Shown piece after piece: positions 53,561 through 64,000 of a stretch of 64,000 bases of DNA (positions are counted from its first letter, which is position 1; every line of letters begins with the position of its first letter). Under the pieces are notes generated by a model that worked only from the letters and a program-made list of their open reading frames with translations, searched no databases and was not told the DNA's origin. The translations under genes and the position numbers were made by a program. Origin of the DNA: Ranitomeya imitator (taxonomy: Eukaryota). The DNA is taken from NCBI RefSeq assembly GCF_032444005.1, contig NC_091288.1:198400001-198464000 (forward strand). The letters run 5' to 3'.

Positions 53561-54099
53561 GCTGCTGATCTGAGCTTAGGGAGAGGTTGCTGCCGCTTTG
53601 TCAGAAGCAGGGATAGCGTTAGGCAGGGTCCATTAACCACAAAACCGCTTGTGCTGCAGCGATTTGCACTGTCCAACACCACCCTCGGTGTGCAGGGACA
53701 GTGGAAGTTTTTTTTTTTTTTTTTTTCCCCTCAGCGCTGTAGCTCATTGGGCTGCCCTAGAAGGCTCCCTGATAGCTGCATTGCTGTGTGTACGCCGCTG
53801 TGCAAACCAACTGCTTTTTTCAAAGCACAAATCCTCTTGTTCCTTCCTTTCTGCACAGCTATCTTTTTTGTTTGTCCACACTTTTTATTTCATTTGTGCA
53901 TCAGTCCACTCCTTATTGCTGCCTGCCATACCTGGCTGAGATTACTGCAGGCAGGGAGATAGTAGCTGCCTGCCATACCTGGCTGAGATTACTGCAGGCA
54001 GGGAGATAGTAATTGTAGGACATTCCCTGTTTTTTTTTTTGTTTTTTTTTTGGTGGGAGATTAAGATTGGCAATTTGGCATTTCTGCTAGAGTGCCATC

Positions 54100-55536
54100 C
54101 CTGTGTGTGCCATCTCTCTCACATAGTGGGCCATAGAAAGCCTTTTCATTTTTCTGTATTTTTTTTTGTGGGGTGTATAAATTCTCCCTGATAAAAATAC
54201 AGTGGGAGATTAATATTGGCCTTTGGGCTTGTGTGCCAGTCCTGAGTGTGCCATCTCTCTCACAAATAGTGGGCCATAGAAAGCCTATTTTATTTTTTTT
54301 GGGGTTTTATAAATTCTCCCTGAAAAAAAGGGAGATTAATATTGGCCTCTGGGCTTGTGTGCCAGTCCTGAGCGTGCCATCTGTGCCAGCCCTGAGCGTG
54401 CCATCTCTCTCACAAATAGTGGGCCATAGAAAGCCTATTTATTTTTTTTTTTGGTTTTATAAATTCTCCCTGAAAAAAAGGGAGATTAATATTGGCCTCT
54501 GGGCTTGTGTGCCAGTCCTGAGCGTGCCATCTGTGCCAGTCCTGAGCGTCCCATCTCTCTCACAAATAGTGGGCCATAGAAAGCCTATTTTTTTTTTTTT
54601 TTTGGGTTTTAGAAATTCTCCCTGGAAAAAAAAAGGGAGATTAATATTGCCCTTTGGGCTTGTGTGCCAGTACTAAGCGTTCCATCTCTCTCTCTCTCTC
54701 TCTCAGTCAGTGGGCCATAGAACGCCTATTTTTGGTTTTATTTGTTTTCTAAATTCTCCCTGAAAAAATCATTTTATTTTATTTGGTTTCTAAATTCTTC
54801 CTGATAAAATCACATTTTTTTTATTATTTTTTTTTCTAAAGTCTCCCTGAAAAAAAAAAAAAAAAACAGTGGGAGATTAATATTGGCCTTTCTGCTTGTG
54901 TGCCAGTCTTGACTCCTGGGTGCGTCATCTCTCAGTCAGTGGGCCATAGAACGCCTATTTTTGGTTTTATTTGTTTTCTAAATTCTCCCTGAAAAAATCA
55001 TTTTATTTTATTTGGTTTCTAAATTCTTCCTGATAAAATCACATTTTTTTTATTATTTTTTTTTCTAAAGTCTCCCTGAAAAAAAAAAAAAAAAACAGTG
55101 GGAGATTAATATTGGCCTTTCTGCTTGTGTGCCAGTCTTGACTCCTGGGTGCGTCATCTCTCAGTCAGTGGGCCATAGAACGCCTATTTTTGGTTTTATT
55201 TGTTTTCTAAATTCTCCCTGAAAAAATCATTTTATTTTATTTGGTTTCTAAATTCTTCCTGATAAAATCACATTTTTTTTATTATTTTTTTTTCTAAAGT
55301 CTCCCTGAAAAAAAAAAAAAAAAACAGTGGGAGATTAATATTGGCCTTTCTGCTTGTGTGCCAGTCTTGACTCCTGGGTGCGTCATCTCTCAGTCAGTGG
55401 GCCATAGAACGCCTATTTTTGGTTTTATTTGTTTTATAAATTCTCCCAGAAAAAATCATTTTATTTTATTTGGTTTCTAAATTCTTCCTGATAAAATCAT
55501 ATTTTTTTTATTATTTTTTTTTCTAAAGTCTCCCTG

Positions 55537-55570
<34 letters not shown>

Positions 55571-55625
55571 AGTGGGAGATTAATATTGGCCTTTCTGCTT
55601 GTGTGCCAGTCTTGACTCCTGGGTG

Positions 55626-55656
<31 letters not shown>

Positions 55657-55870
55657 CAATTGTGGTCCATAGAAAGCCTACATTTTTTTTCCTTGATTTG
55701 GGTTCCAAAATCTACCAGAGAAAATAACTCCATCAATCATTGGTAGAAAAATATTGGCCTCTGGGCTTGTGTGCCACTCCTGATTCCTGTGTGCGTCATC
55801 TCTCACTCAGTGGCCCATAGAAAGCATATAGTTTGTTACATTTGTTTTCTAAATTCTCCCTGCAAAAATC
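54100..55870. repeat. Poly(T)-rich subterminal tandem repeats of hAT
   Basis: Reverse complement of the 26050-27766 repeats. Confidence 0.85.
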
Positions 55871-56160
55871 TTTTTTTTTTTTTTGGGGGGGTTTCTAAAG
55901 TGTTCCTGAAAAAAATAAAAATAAAAAAAAAATAATAGTGTGACATTAATATTAACATTTGTGCTTCAGTGACAGTCCTGCGTGTGGGGCATCTCTCTAA
56001 TTTGCAGCCACCAAAAAAAGAGTGTGTAACATTGGGCCTGATTTTCGCTGTGGTCTCACCAACCTGTAAAGGGGTAGCTAAATCATACTGAAGTTATAGC
56101 TCACCGTGTAAGTTGTGTGACTGCAACAAATAACGTTAGTTTGGTTACGTTTTTAAAACA

Positions 56161-59100
56161 ATGAGGAAGTCTAGTGGAAGAGGTCGTGGCCGGGGGCGTT
56201 CATTGTCAGCTGGTAATGAGGGTAGTGGTAGTGGTGGAGCATCAGGTGGTCGTGGGGGAAAAAATATTGCACCTAAGTCTGGAGCTGTGGAGCCAGGTTC
56301 GTCGTCCGGCTACACAAGGCCTCGAACGCTCCCTTTTCTGGGATTAGGAAAACCGCTTTTAAAGCCGGAGCAGCAAGAGCAAGTTTTGGCTTATCTTGCT
56401 GACTCAGCCTCTAGCTCTTTTGCCTCATCTCGTGAAACTGGTAAAAGTAAAAGCAGCGCGTCGTTAGTGGATGTTCACGGTCAGGGACAAGTCACTTCCT
56501 TGTCCTCTTCAGCAAAAACAACAACAGAGAAGAATGCAGCAGGCGACACAACGGGTTACTCCATGGAGCTCTTTACACATACCGTCCCTGGCTTAGAAAG
56601 TGAAGCAGTTAACAGTCCATGCCCATTACAAATTGAATCTGACATGGAGTGCACTGACGCACAGCCACAGCCAGACTACTATGCTGGTCCTTTGACTCAG
56701 ACCACAACATTGCCCTCGCAGGGTGCTGATCAAGAATCAGACCCTGATGAGACTATGTTGCCCCATCACGAACGCTATACCACCGAACGACACGGTGACA
56801 CAGACGAAGTTGCGCAGGAGGTACAAGAAGAGTTATTAGATGACCCAGTTCTTGACCCCGATTGGCAGCCATTGGGGGAACAGGGTGCAGGCGGCAGCAG
56901 TTCTGAAGCAGAGGAGGAGGAGGGGCCGCAGCAGGCATCAACATCGCCACAGGTTCCATCTGCCGGGCCCGTATCTTGCCCAAAACGCGTGGCAAAGCCA
57001 AAACCTGGTGGAGGACAGCGTGGCCATCCGGTTAAAGCTCAGTCTGCAATGCCTGAAAAGGTATCCGATGCTAGAAAGAGTGCAGTCTGGCATTTTTTTA
57101 AACAACATCCAATTGATCAGCGCAAAGTCATCTGTCAAAAATGTTCTACTTCCTTAAGCAGAGGTCAGAATCTGAAAAGTCTCAATACTAGTTGCATGCA
57201 TAGACATTTAACCACCATGCATTTGAAAGCTTGGACTAACTACCAAACGTCCCTTAAGGTTGTTGCACCCTCGGCCAATGAAGCTAGTCATCAACGCAAC
57301 ATCCCTTCCGGCAGTGTAGGACCACCATTTAGCGCACCACCTGCTGTATCTGTGCAGGTATCTTTGCCAGGCCAAAGCAGTCAGGGTCAGGGAATCACCA
57401 GTTTCGTAGTAGGAAACACTGCATCTAGGGCACCGGCGGCAACAATACCATCTCCCACCGTCTCTCAGTCTGCCATGTCCACCGGCACCCCCGCTAGTTC
57501 CACGATCTCCAGCTCTCCAGTCCAGCTCACCCTACATGAGACTATGGTTAGAAAAAGGAAATACTTAGCCTCGCATCCGCGTACACAGGGTTTGAACGCC
57601 CACATAGCTAGACTAATCTCGTTAGAGATGATGCCCTACCGGTTAGTTGAAAGCGAAGCTTTCAAAGACCTGATGGACTACGCTGTACCACGCTACGAGC
57701 TACCCAGTCGACACTTTTTTTCCAGAAAAGCCATCCCAGCCCTCCACCAGCATGTTAAAGAGCGCATCGTCCATGCACTCAGGCAATCTGTGAGCACAAA
57801 GGTGCACCTGACAACAGATGCATGGACCAGTAGGCATGGCCAGGGACGTTACGTGTCCATCACGGCACACTGGGTAAATGTGGTGGATTCAGGGTCCACA
57901 GGGGACAGCAAGTTTGGGACAGTTCTGCCTAGCCCACGGTCTAGTAAACAGTTGTCTGTAGCCGTTCGCACCCCCTCCTCCTCCTCCTCCTCGTCCTCCT
58001 GCAGAAGCAAGAGCTCGTCCACAGACCGCAGTCGCACAAACACTCCATCCGCACCTGCCACTGTTGCACACCAGGTCTCCCATTATGGGGCAGCTACTGG
58101 CATACGTCAGCAGGCTGTATTGGCTATGAAGTGTTTGGGCGACAATAGACACACCGCGGAAGTTCTGTCCGAGTTCTTGCAGCAAGAAACGCAGTCGTGG
58201 CTGGGCACTGTAGATCTTGAGGCAGGCAAGGTAGTGAGTGATAACGGAAGGAATTTCATGGCTGCCATCTCCCTTTCCCAACTGAAACACATTCCTTGCC
58301 TGGCTCACACCTTAAACCTGGTGGTGCAGTGCTTCCTGAAAAGTTATCCGGGGTTATCCGACCTGCTCCTCAAAGTGCGTGGACTTTGCGCACATATCCG
58401 CCGTTCGCCTGTACACTCCAGCCGTATGCAGACCTATCAGCGTTCTTTGAACCTTCCCCAGCATCGCCTAATCATAGACGTTGCAACAAGGTGGAACTCA
58501 ACACTGCACATGCTTCAGAGACTGTGCGAACAGAGGCGGGCTGTTATGTTTTTGTGGGAGGATACACATACACGGGCAGGCAGTAGGATGGCAGACATGG
58601 AGTTGTCAGGTGTGCAGTGGTCGAAGATTCAAGACATGTGTCAAGTCCTTCAGTGTTTTGAGGAATGCACACGGCTGGTTAGTGCAGACAACGCCATAAT
58701 AAGCATGAGCATCCCCCTAATGCGTCTGCTGATGCAAAGTTTGACGCACATAAAGGATCAGGCGTCTGCACCAGAGGAAGAGGAAAGCCTTGATGACAGT
58801 CAGCGATTGTCTGGTCAGGGCAGTGTACATGACGAGGTACCGGGCGAAGAGGAGGTGGAGGATGAGGAGGATGATGGGGATGAGTATATTTTTAATGAGG
58901 AAGCTTTCCCGGGGGCACGGGAAATTGGTGGCGTGGCAAGGCCGGGTTCTGGTTTTTTGAGGGACACAAGTGACGTAGATTTGCCTGCAACTGCCCCTCA
59001 ACCAAGCACAACCGCAGATTTGACAACGGGAACTTTGGCCCACATGGCGGATTATGCCTTGCGTATCCTCAAAAGGGACACACGCATTACAAAAATGATG

Positions 59101-59736
59101 AACGATGACGATTACTGGTTGGCCTGCCTCCTTGATCCTCGCTATAAAGGCAAATTGCAAAATATTATGCCACATGAGAACTTGGAACTAATATTAGCAA
59201 CAAAACAATCAACTCTTGTTGACCGTTTGCTTCTGGCATTCCCTGCACACAGCGCCCGTGATCGTTCTCACACGAGCTCCAGGGGCCAGCAGACCAGAGG
59301 TGTTAGAGGGGCAGAAATCAGAAGTGGCGTTGGCCAGAGGGGTTTTCTGACCAGGTTGTGGAGTGATTTTTCTATGACCGCAGACAGGACAGGTACTGCA
59401 GCATCAATTCAAAGTGACAGGAGACAACATTTGTCCAGTATGGTTACAAACTATTTTTCATCCCTTATCGACGTTCTCCCTCAACCGTCATTCCCATTTG
59501 ATTACTGGGCATCCAAATTAGACACCTGGCCAGAATTGGCAGAATATGCATTGCAGGAGCTTGCTTGCCCGGCAGCTAGTGTCCTATCAGAAAGAGTATT
59601 CAGTGCTGCAGGTTCAATACTAACAGAAAAAAGGACTCGTCTGGCTACCCAAAATGTAGATGATCTAACCTTCATTAAAATGAACCACAACTGGATTTCA
59701 AAATCTTTTGCCCCACCCTGCCCGGCTGACACCTAG
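56161..59736 (+). CDS. hAT transposase, 1191 aa
   Basis: Same BED, DDE and dimerisation motifs. Only a handful of residues differ from copy 1. Confidence 0.95.
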   Translation: MRKSSGRGRGRGRSLSAGNEGSGSGGASGGRGGKNIAPKSGAVEPGSSSGYTRPRTLPFLGLGKPLLKPEQQEQVLAYLADSASSSFASSRETGKSKSSASLVDVHGQGQVTSLSSSAKTTTEKNAAGDTTGYSMELFTHTVPGLESEAVNSPCPLQIESDMECTDAQPQPDYYAGPLTQTTTLPSQGADQESDPDETMLPHHERYTTERHGDTDEVAQEVQEELLDDPVLDPDWQPLGEQGAGGSSSEAEEEEGPQQASTSPQVPSAGPVSCPKRVAKPKPGGGQRGHPVKAQSAMPEKVSDARKSAVWHFFKQHPIDQRKVICQKCSTSLSRGQNLKSLNTSCMHRHLTTMHLKAWTNYQTSLKVVAPSANEASHQRNIPSGSVGPPFSAPPAVSVQVSLPGQSSQGQGITSFVVGNTASRAPAATIPSPTVSQSAMSTGTPASSTISSSPVQLTLHETMVRKRKYLASHPRTQGLNAHIARLISLEMMPYRLVESEAFKDLMDYAVPRYELPSRHFFSRKAIPALHQHVKERIVHALRQSVSTKVHLTTDAWTSRHGQGRYVSITAHWVNVVDSGSTGDSKFGTVLPSPRSSKQLSVAVRTPSSSSSSSSCRSKSSSTDRSRTNTPSAPATVAHQVSHYGAATGIRQQAVLAMKCLGDNRHTAEVLSEFLQQETQSWLGTVDLEAGKVVSDNGRNFMAAISLSQLKHIPCLAHTLNLVVQCFLKSYPGLSDLLLKVRGLCAHIRRSPVHSSRMQTYQRSLNLPQHRLIIDVATRWNSTLHMLQRLCEQRRAVMFLWEDTHTRAGSRMADMELSGVQWSKIQDMCQVLQCFEECTRLVSADNAIISMSIPLMRLLMQSLTHIKDQASAPEEEESLDDSQRLSGQGSVHDEVPGEEEVEDEEDDGDEYIFNEEAFPGAREIGGVARPGSGFLRDTSDVDLPATAPQPSTTADLTTGTLAHMADYALRILKRDTRITKMMNDDDYWLACLLDPRYKGKLQNIMPHENLELILATKQSTLVDRLLLAFPAHSARDRSHTSSRGQQTRGVRGAEIRSGVGQRGFLTRLWSDFSMTADRTGTAASIQSDRRQHLSSMVTNYFSSLIDVLPQPSFPFDYWASKLDTWPELAEYALQELACPAASVLSERVFSAAGSILTEKRTRLATQNVDDLTFIKMNHNWISKSFAPPCPADT

Positions 59737-60189
59737 CTTTCCTATGAAAAGGTCTTGCCTGTGGACTATTCTGAATGACTTTTCCAATCTCGTAATTTTC
59801 TTCACCTGATTGTCCAGCATACGACATGTTTCCACCTCACGAAATGGCCAAACTCCCCACACGGGGCCGTGCTATCGCCACTTTGCGCTTGGACCCTTGA
59901 GAGTGCTGTTTGTCTGAAGAGGTGGGTGTGGCCGCTTTTGGTCGACGGCACTGCCACTGGGTCCCTCATAGTACAATAAAGTGTCTCTGGCGGTGGTGGT
60001 GCGCACCCAACGTCAGACACACCGTTGTAATATGAGGGGCCCTGTGCCTGTAACGCCGGCCACAAGACAGTTCCCCCCCCCAGCTCAAACAGTGCTCTAC
60101 CACTAGCAAAATTATCTCTCACAGCTTCACCAATGTGTAGTCTAGGCGCTGACATCCTTCAATGCCTGGCACTGACAATACCATTGTTT

Positions 60190-62232
60190 TGACATTTTTG
60201 TTATGTTAGGCCTTCGAAGCCTGTCTGCGGTCCCTTCTTTCTACAACTACTACACTGACCAGGCCACTGCTGGCCGTGTTACCCTGGAACCAATTTAAAA
60301 GTGCCTACAGTCAGCCCAATTTTGTTATGTTAGGCCTTCGAAGACTGTCTGCCGTCACTCCTTCCACTAGACTTCCACTGACCATACACTGCTGCCCATG
60401 TACCCCTGGAACCAATTTAAACTGCCTACAGCCAGCCCAATTTTGTTATGTTAGGCCTTGGAAGCCTGTCTGCGGTCACTCCTTCCACTAGACTTCCACT
60501 GACCAGACCACTGCTGTCCGTGTACCCCTGGAACCAATTTAAAATTGCCTACAGCCAGCCCAATTTTTTTATTTTAGGCCTTCGATGCCTGTCTGCGGTC
60601 CATTCTTTCAACTACTACTACACTGACCAGGTCACTGCTGCCCGTGTACCCCTGGAACCAATTTAAAATTGCCTACAGCCATGTGTTATTATTTTAGGCC
60701 TTCGATGCCTGTCTGCGGTCACTCCTTCCACTAGGCCTCCACTGACCACACCACTGCTGCCCGTGTACCCCTGGAACCAATTTAAAATTGCCTACAGCCA
60801 GCCCAATTTTTTTATTTTAGGCCTTCGATGCCTGTCTGCGGTCCATTCTTTCAACTACTACTACACTGACCAGGGCACTGCTGGCCGTGTTACCCTGGAA
60901 CCAATTTAAAAGTGCCTACAGTCAGCCCAATTTTGTTATGTTAGGCCTTGGAAGCCTGTCTGCGGTCACTCCTTCCACTAGGCCTCCACTGACCACACCA
61001 CTGCTGTCCGTGTACCCCTGGAACCAATTTAAAATTGCCTACAGCCATGTGTTATTATTTTAGGCCTTCGATGCCTGTCTGCGGTCACTCCTTCCACTAG
61101 GCCTCCACTGACCACACCACTGCTGCCCGTGTACCCCTGGAACCAATTTAAAATTGCCTACAGCCAGCCCAATTTTTTTATTTTAGGCCTTCGATGCCTG
61201 TCTGCGGTCCATTCTTTCAACTACTACTACACTGACCAGGTCACTGCTGCCCGTGTACCCCTGGAACCAATTTAAAAATGCCTACAGCCATGTGTTATTA
61301 TTTTAGGCCTTCGATGCCTGTCTGCGGTCACTCCTTCCACTAGGCCTCCACTGACCACACCACTGCTGTCCGTGTACCCCTGGAACCAATTTAAAATTGC
61401 CTACAGCCATGTGTTTTTATTTTAGGCCTTCGATGCCTGTCTGCGGTCCATTCTTTCAACTACTACTACACTGACCAGGGCACTGCTGGCCGTGTTACCC
61501 TGGAACCAATTTAAAAGTGCCTACAGTCAGCCCAATTTTGTTATGTTAGGCCTTGGAAGCCTGTCTGCGGTCACTCCTTCCACTAGGCCTCCACTGACCA
61601 CACCACTGCTGTCCGTGTACCCCTGGAACCAATTTAAAATTGCCTACAGCCATGTGTTATTATTTTAGGCCTTCGATGCCTGTCTGCGGTCACTCCTTCC
61701 ACTAGGCCTCCACTGACCACACCACTGCTGTCCGTGTACCCCTGGAACCAATTTAAAATTGCCTACAGCCATGTGTTATTATTTTAGGCCTTCGATGCCT
61801 GTCTGCGGTCACTCCTTCCACTAGGCCTCCACTGACCACACCACTGCTGCCCGTGTACCCCTGGAACCAATTTAAAATTGCCTACAGCCAGCCCAATTTT
61901 TTTATTTTAGGCCTTCGATGCCTGTCTGCGGTCCATTCTTTCAACTACTACTACACTGACCAGGTCACTGCTGCCCGTGTACCCCTGGAACCAATTTAAA
62001 ATTGCCTACAGCCATGTGTTATTATTTTAGGCCTTCGATGCCTGTCTGCGGTCACTCCTTCCACTAGGCCTCCACTGACCACACCACTGCTGTCCGTGTA
62101 CCCCTGGAACCAATTTAAAATTGCCTACAGCCATGTGTTTTTATTTTAGGCCTTCGATGCCTGTCTGCGGTCCATTCTTTCAACTACTACTACACTGACC
62201 AGGGCACTGCTGGCCGTGTACCCCTGGAACCA
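60190..62232. repeat. ~120-bp satellite (about 17 copies) in hAT copy 2
   Basis: Reverse complement of the 18330-21825 unit. Confidence 0.92.
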
Positions 62233-62689
62233 ACATCAGAAAATATAAAAATAAGTATTTTGCTTATAAAAAAGAAAATACTGGTGAGATATCAAATGCA
62301 GACATTTTAACATTAAAAACAAACACACAACTAAAATCTGGTACAGTACTAAAAATGGCCACCAGCTACAATTACTTTCTCCTGCAAGTAGTTAACTGAA
62401 AGTTTTTTTAAATTGAAAACACACATATGGCATCCACCGAGTGTTGTCCTGTCGCGTCTTCTTTATATTATTGCCGAGAAGATGCAAAATAATGAAAATA
62501 ATAAAATCATTAATTACCAAAATAATAGAGAAAGTCAACACCACATTGCAAATAAACATTCATTCCAAATAAAGAAGCAGGGCGCGTCCGAGGGTGAGTA
62601 TATACCTAATAAGAATCTAATCACCCTCGGACGCGCAATGCTTATTTCCAACAGCCTTCCTTCCTAAGAATCAGCCCTTCCGTCGTGTA

Positions 62690-63370
62690 GAGAGACGTTG
62701 TGTTCCACTCCAAGGTGTTCCCCAGGTTGCCTTTCCTGAGCTTCGATCTTCCGGCTCTCGTTTAGTAGTTCTTGGAAACTACACTGCATTAGGCCTTCAA
62801 ATTGGGTATGGGGTGTAGAGAGAGGGTGTGTTACACTCCAAGGTGTTCCCCAGGTTGCCTTTCCTGAGCTTCGATATTCCGGCTCTCGTTTAGTAGTTAT
62901 CGGAAACTACGCTGCATTAGGCCTACAAATTGGGTATGGGGTGTAGAGAGAGGGTGTGTTACACTCCAAGGTGTTCCCCAGGTTGCCTTTCCTGAGCTTC
63001 GATATTCCGGCTCTCGTTTAGTAGTTGTCAGAAACTACGCTGCATTAGGCCTACAAATTGGGTATGGGGTGTAGCGAGAGGGTGTGTTACACTCCAAGGT
63101 GTTCCCCAGGTTGCCTTTCCTGAGCTTCGATCTTCCGGCTCTCGTTTAGTAGTTCTTGGAAACTACACTGCATTAGACCTTCAAATTGGGTATGGGGTGT
63201 AGAGAGAGGGTGTGTTACACTCTAAGGTGTTCCCCAGGTTTCCTTGCCATTGCTTCGGTCTTCCGACTCTCGTTTAGTAGTTGTAGAAAAGTACACTGCA
63301 TTAGGCCATACAAAATGGGTATGGGGTGGAGAGAGATGGTGTGTTACACTCCAAGGTGTTCCCCAGGTTG
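62690..63370. repeat. ~128-bp tandem repeat in hAT copy 2
   Basis: gtgttacactccaaggtgttccccagg recurs. Confidence 0.85.
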
Positions 63371-64000
63371 CCTTTCCTGAGCTTCTATCTTCAGGCTCTC
63401 ATTAAATTGTGGTTAAATGGAACAACTGCATTTGGCGTACTAGTTGGTTTGGGGCCTACTATCGGTGTCTGCCACTCCTTGCTGTTCTCCTCCACTGAAC
63501 AAAGCTGTGCCGCCTGTTTACTACGGTTGCCAATTTTGAACTGCATTTCGACTACTTACTGATTTGGCCCTACTCTCTGTGTCAGCCTCTCATTCCAGTT
63601 GTCCTCCACTGCAATGCCCCCTGGTTATTCCTGTGTTACCAATTTTGAACTGCATTTAGCCCACTTTCTTCTTTGGGCCTATATCTGTGTTTCCACTTCA
63701 TCGTGCCCATTGCCCAGCCAGTGATAGATGAGTCTGCTGGTACATTGACCCATAACGCAACATTCCCCGTGCACGCTACACAACAACATTGTGACCCTGC
63801 TGAAAGTCAGGTTGCTCTTCCCGCATACCATACCACCTTACACGGGGACAAAGAGGAAGGTGCAGATGAAAGTGCAGGTTCCTTCATCAGGTGGGGGGAG
63901 GAATACTAGTTGGCGACGTCACTGGCACAGGGCCTCTCATAGTACGCAAAAGTGTTGCTGCCGGTGGGAGGCGCCCCCGCCGTGCAAACACACCGCTGTA

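Larger units (their letters stand above)
53250..64000 (+). mobile_element. hAT DNA transposon copy 2 (5' end intact, runs off the window)
   Basis: Homology with unit 1 breaks at actcgaatg|tagggttgagcga. Contains gtcgg/ccgac subterminal motifs, an intact transposase and the same internal satellites. Confidence 0.92.

Overview
Vertebrate genomic DNA, most likely an anuran amphibian (inferred from histone sequences and repeat types). The window holds about 1.7 copies of a tandem replication-dependent histone gene unit with order H1(+) - 36-bp minisatellite - H3(+) - [hAT insertion] - H2B(+) - H2A(+) - H4(-) - BRAT1 pseudo-exon(-) - H1(+). The H3-to-H3 period is 37,071 bp. The most striking feature is the 11-14 kb minisatellite after H1. 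Its 36-bp unit is an amplified copy of the H1 pre-mRNA 3' processing region: the 3' arm of the stem-loop, the ACCAC cleavage site, and the U7-binding histone downstream element (HDE) AGAGCTGTA. Each unit of the cluster therefore carries roughly 300 or more tandem U7 target sites directly downstream of H1. Other features: two independent, oppositely oriented insertions of the same ~11-kb hAT transposon (intact transposase ORFs), 47 bp apart in the homologous spacer; a pseudogenised BRAT1 terminal exon; an orphan H2B 3' remnant with its own stem-loop; dispersed copies of an H4-promoter module; V-SINE, L2, CR1 and Penelope insertions; and a 285-N block covering the H2B core. The long ORFs over the minisatellite are artefacts of a 36-bp unit.
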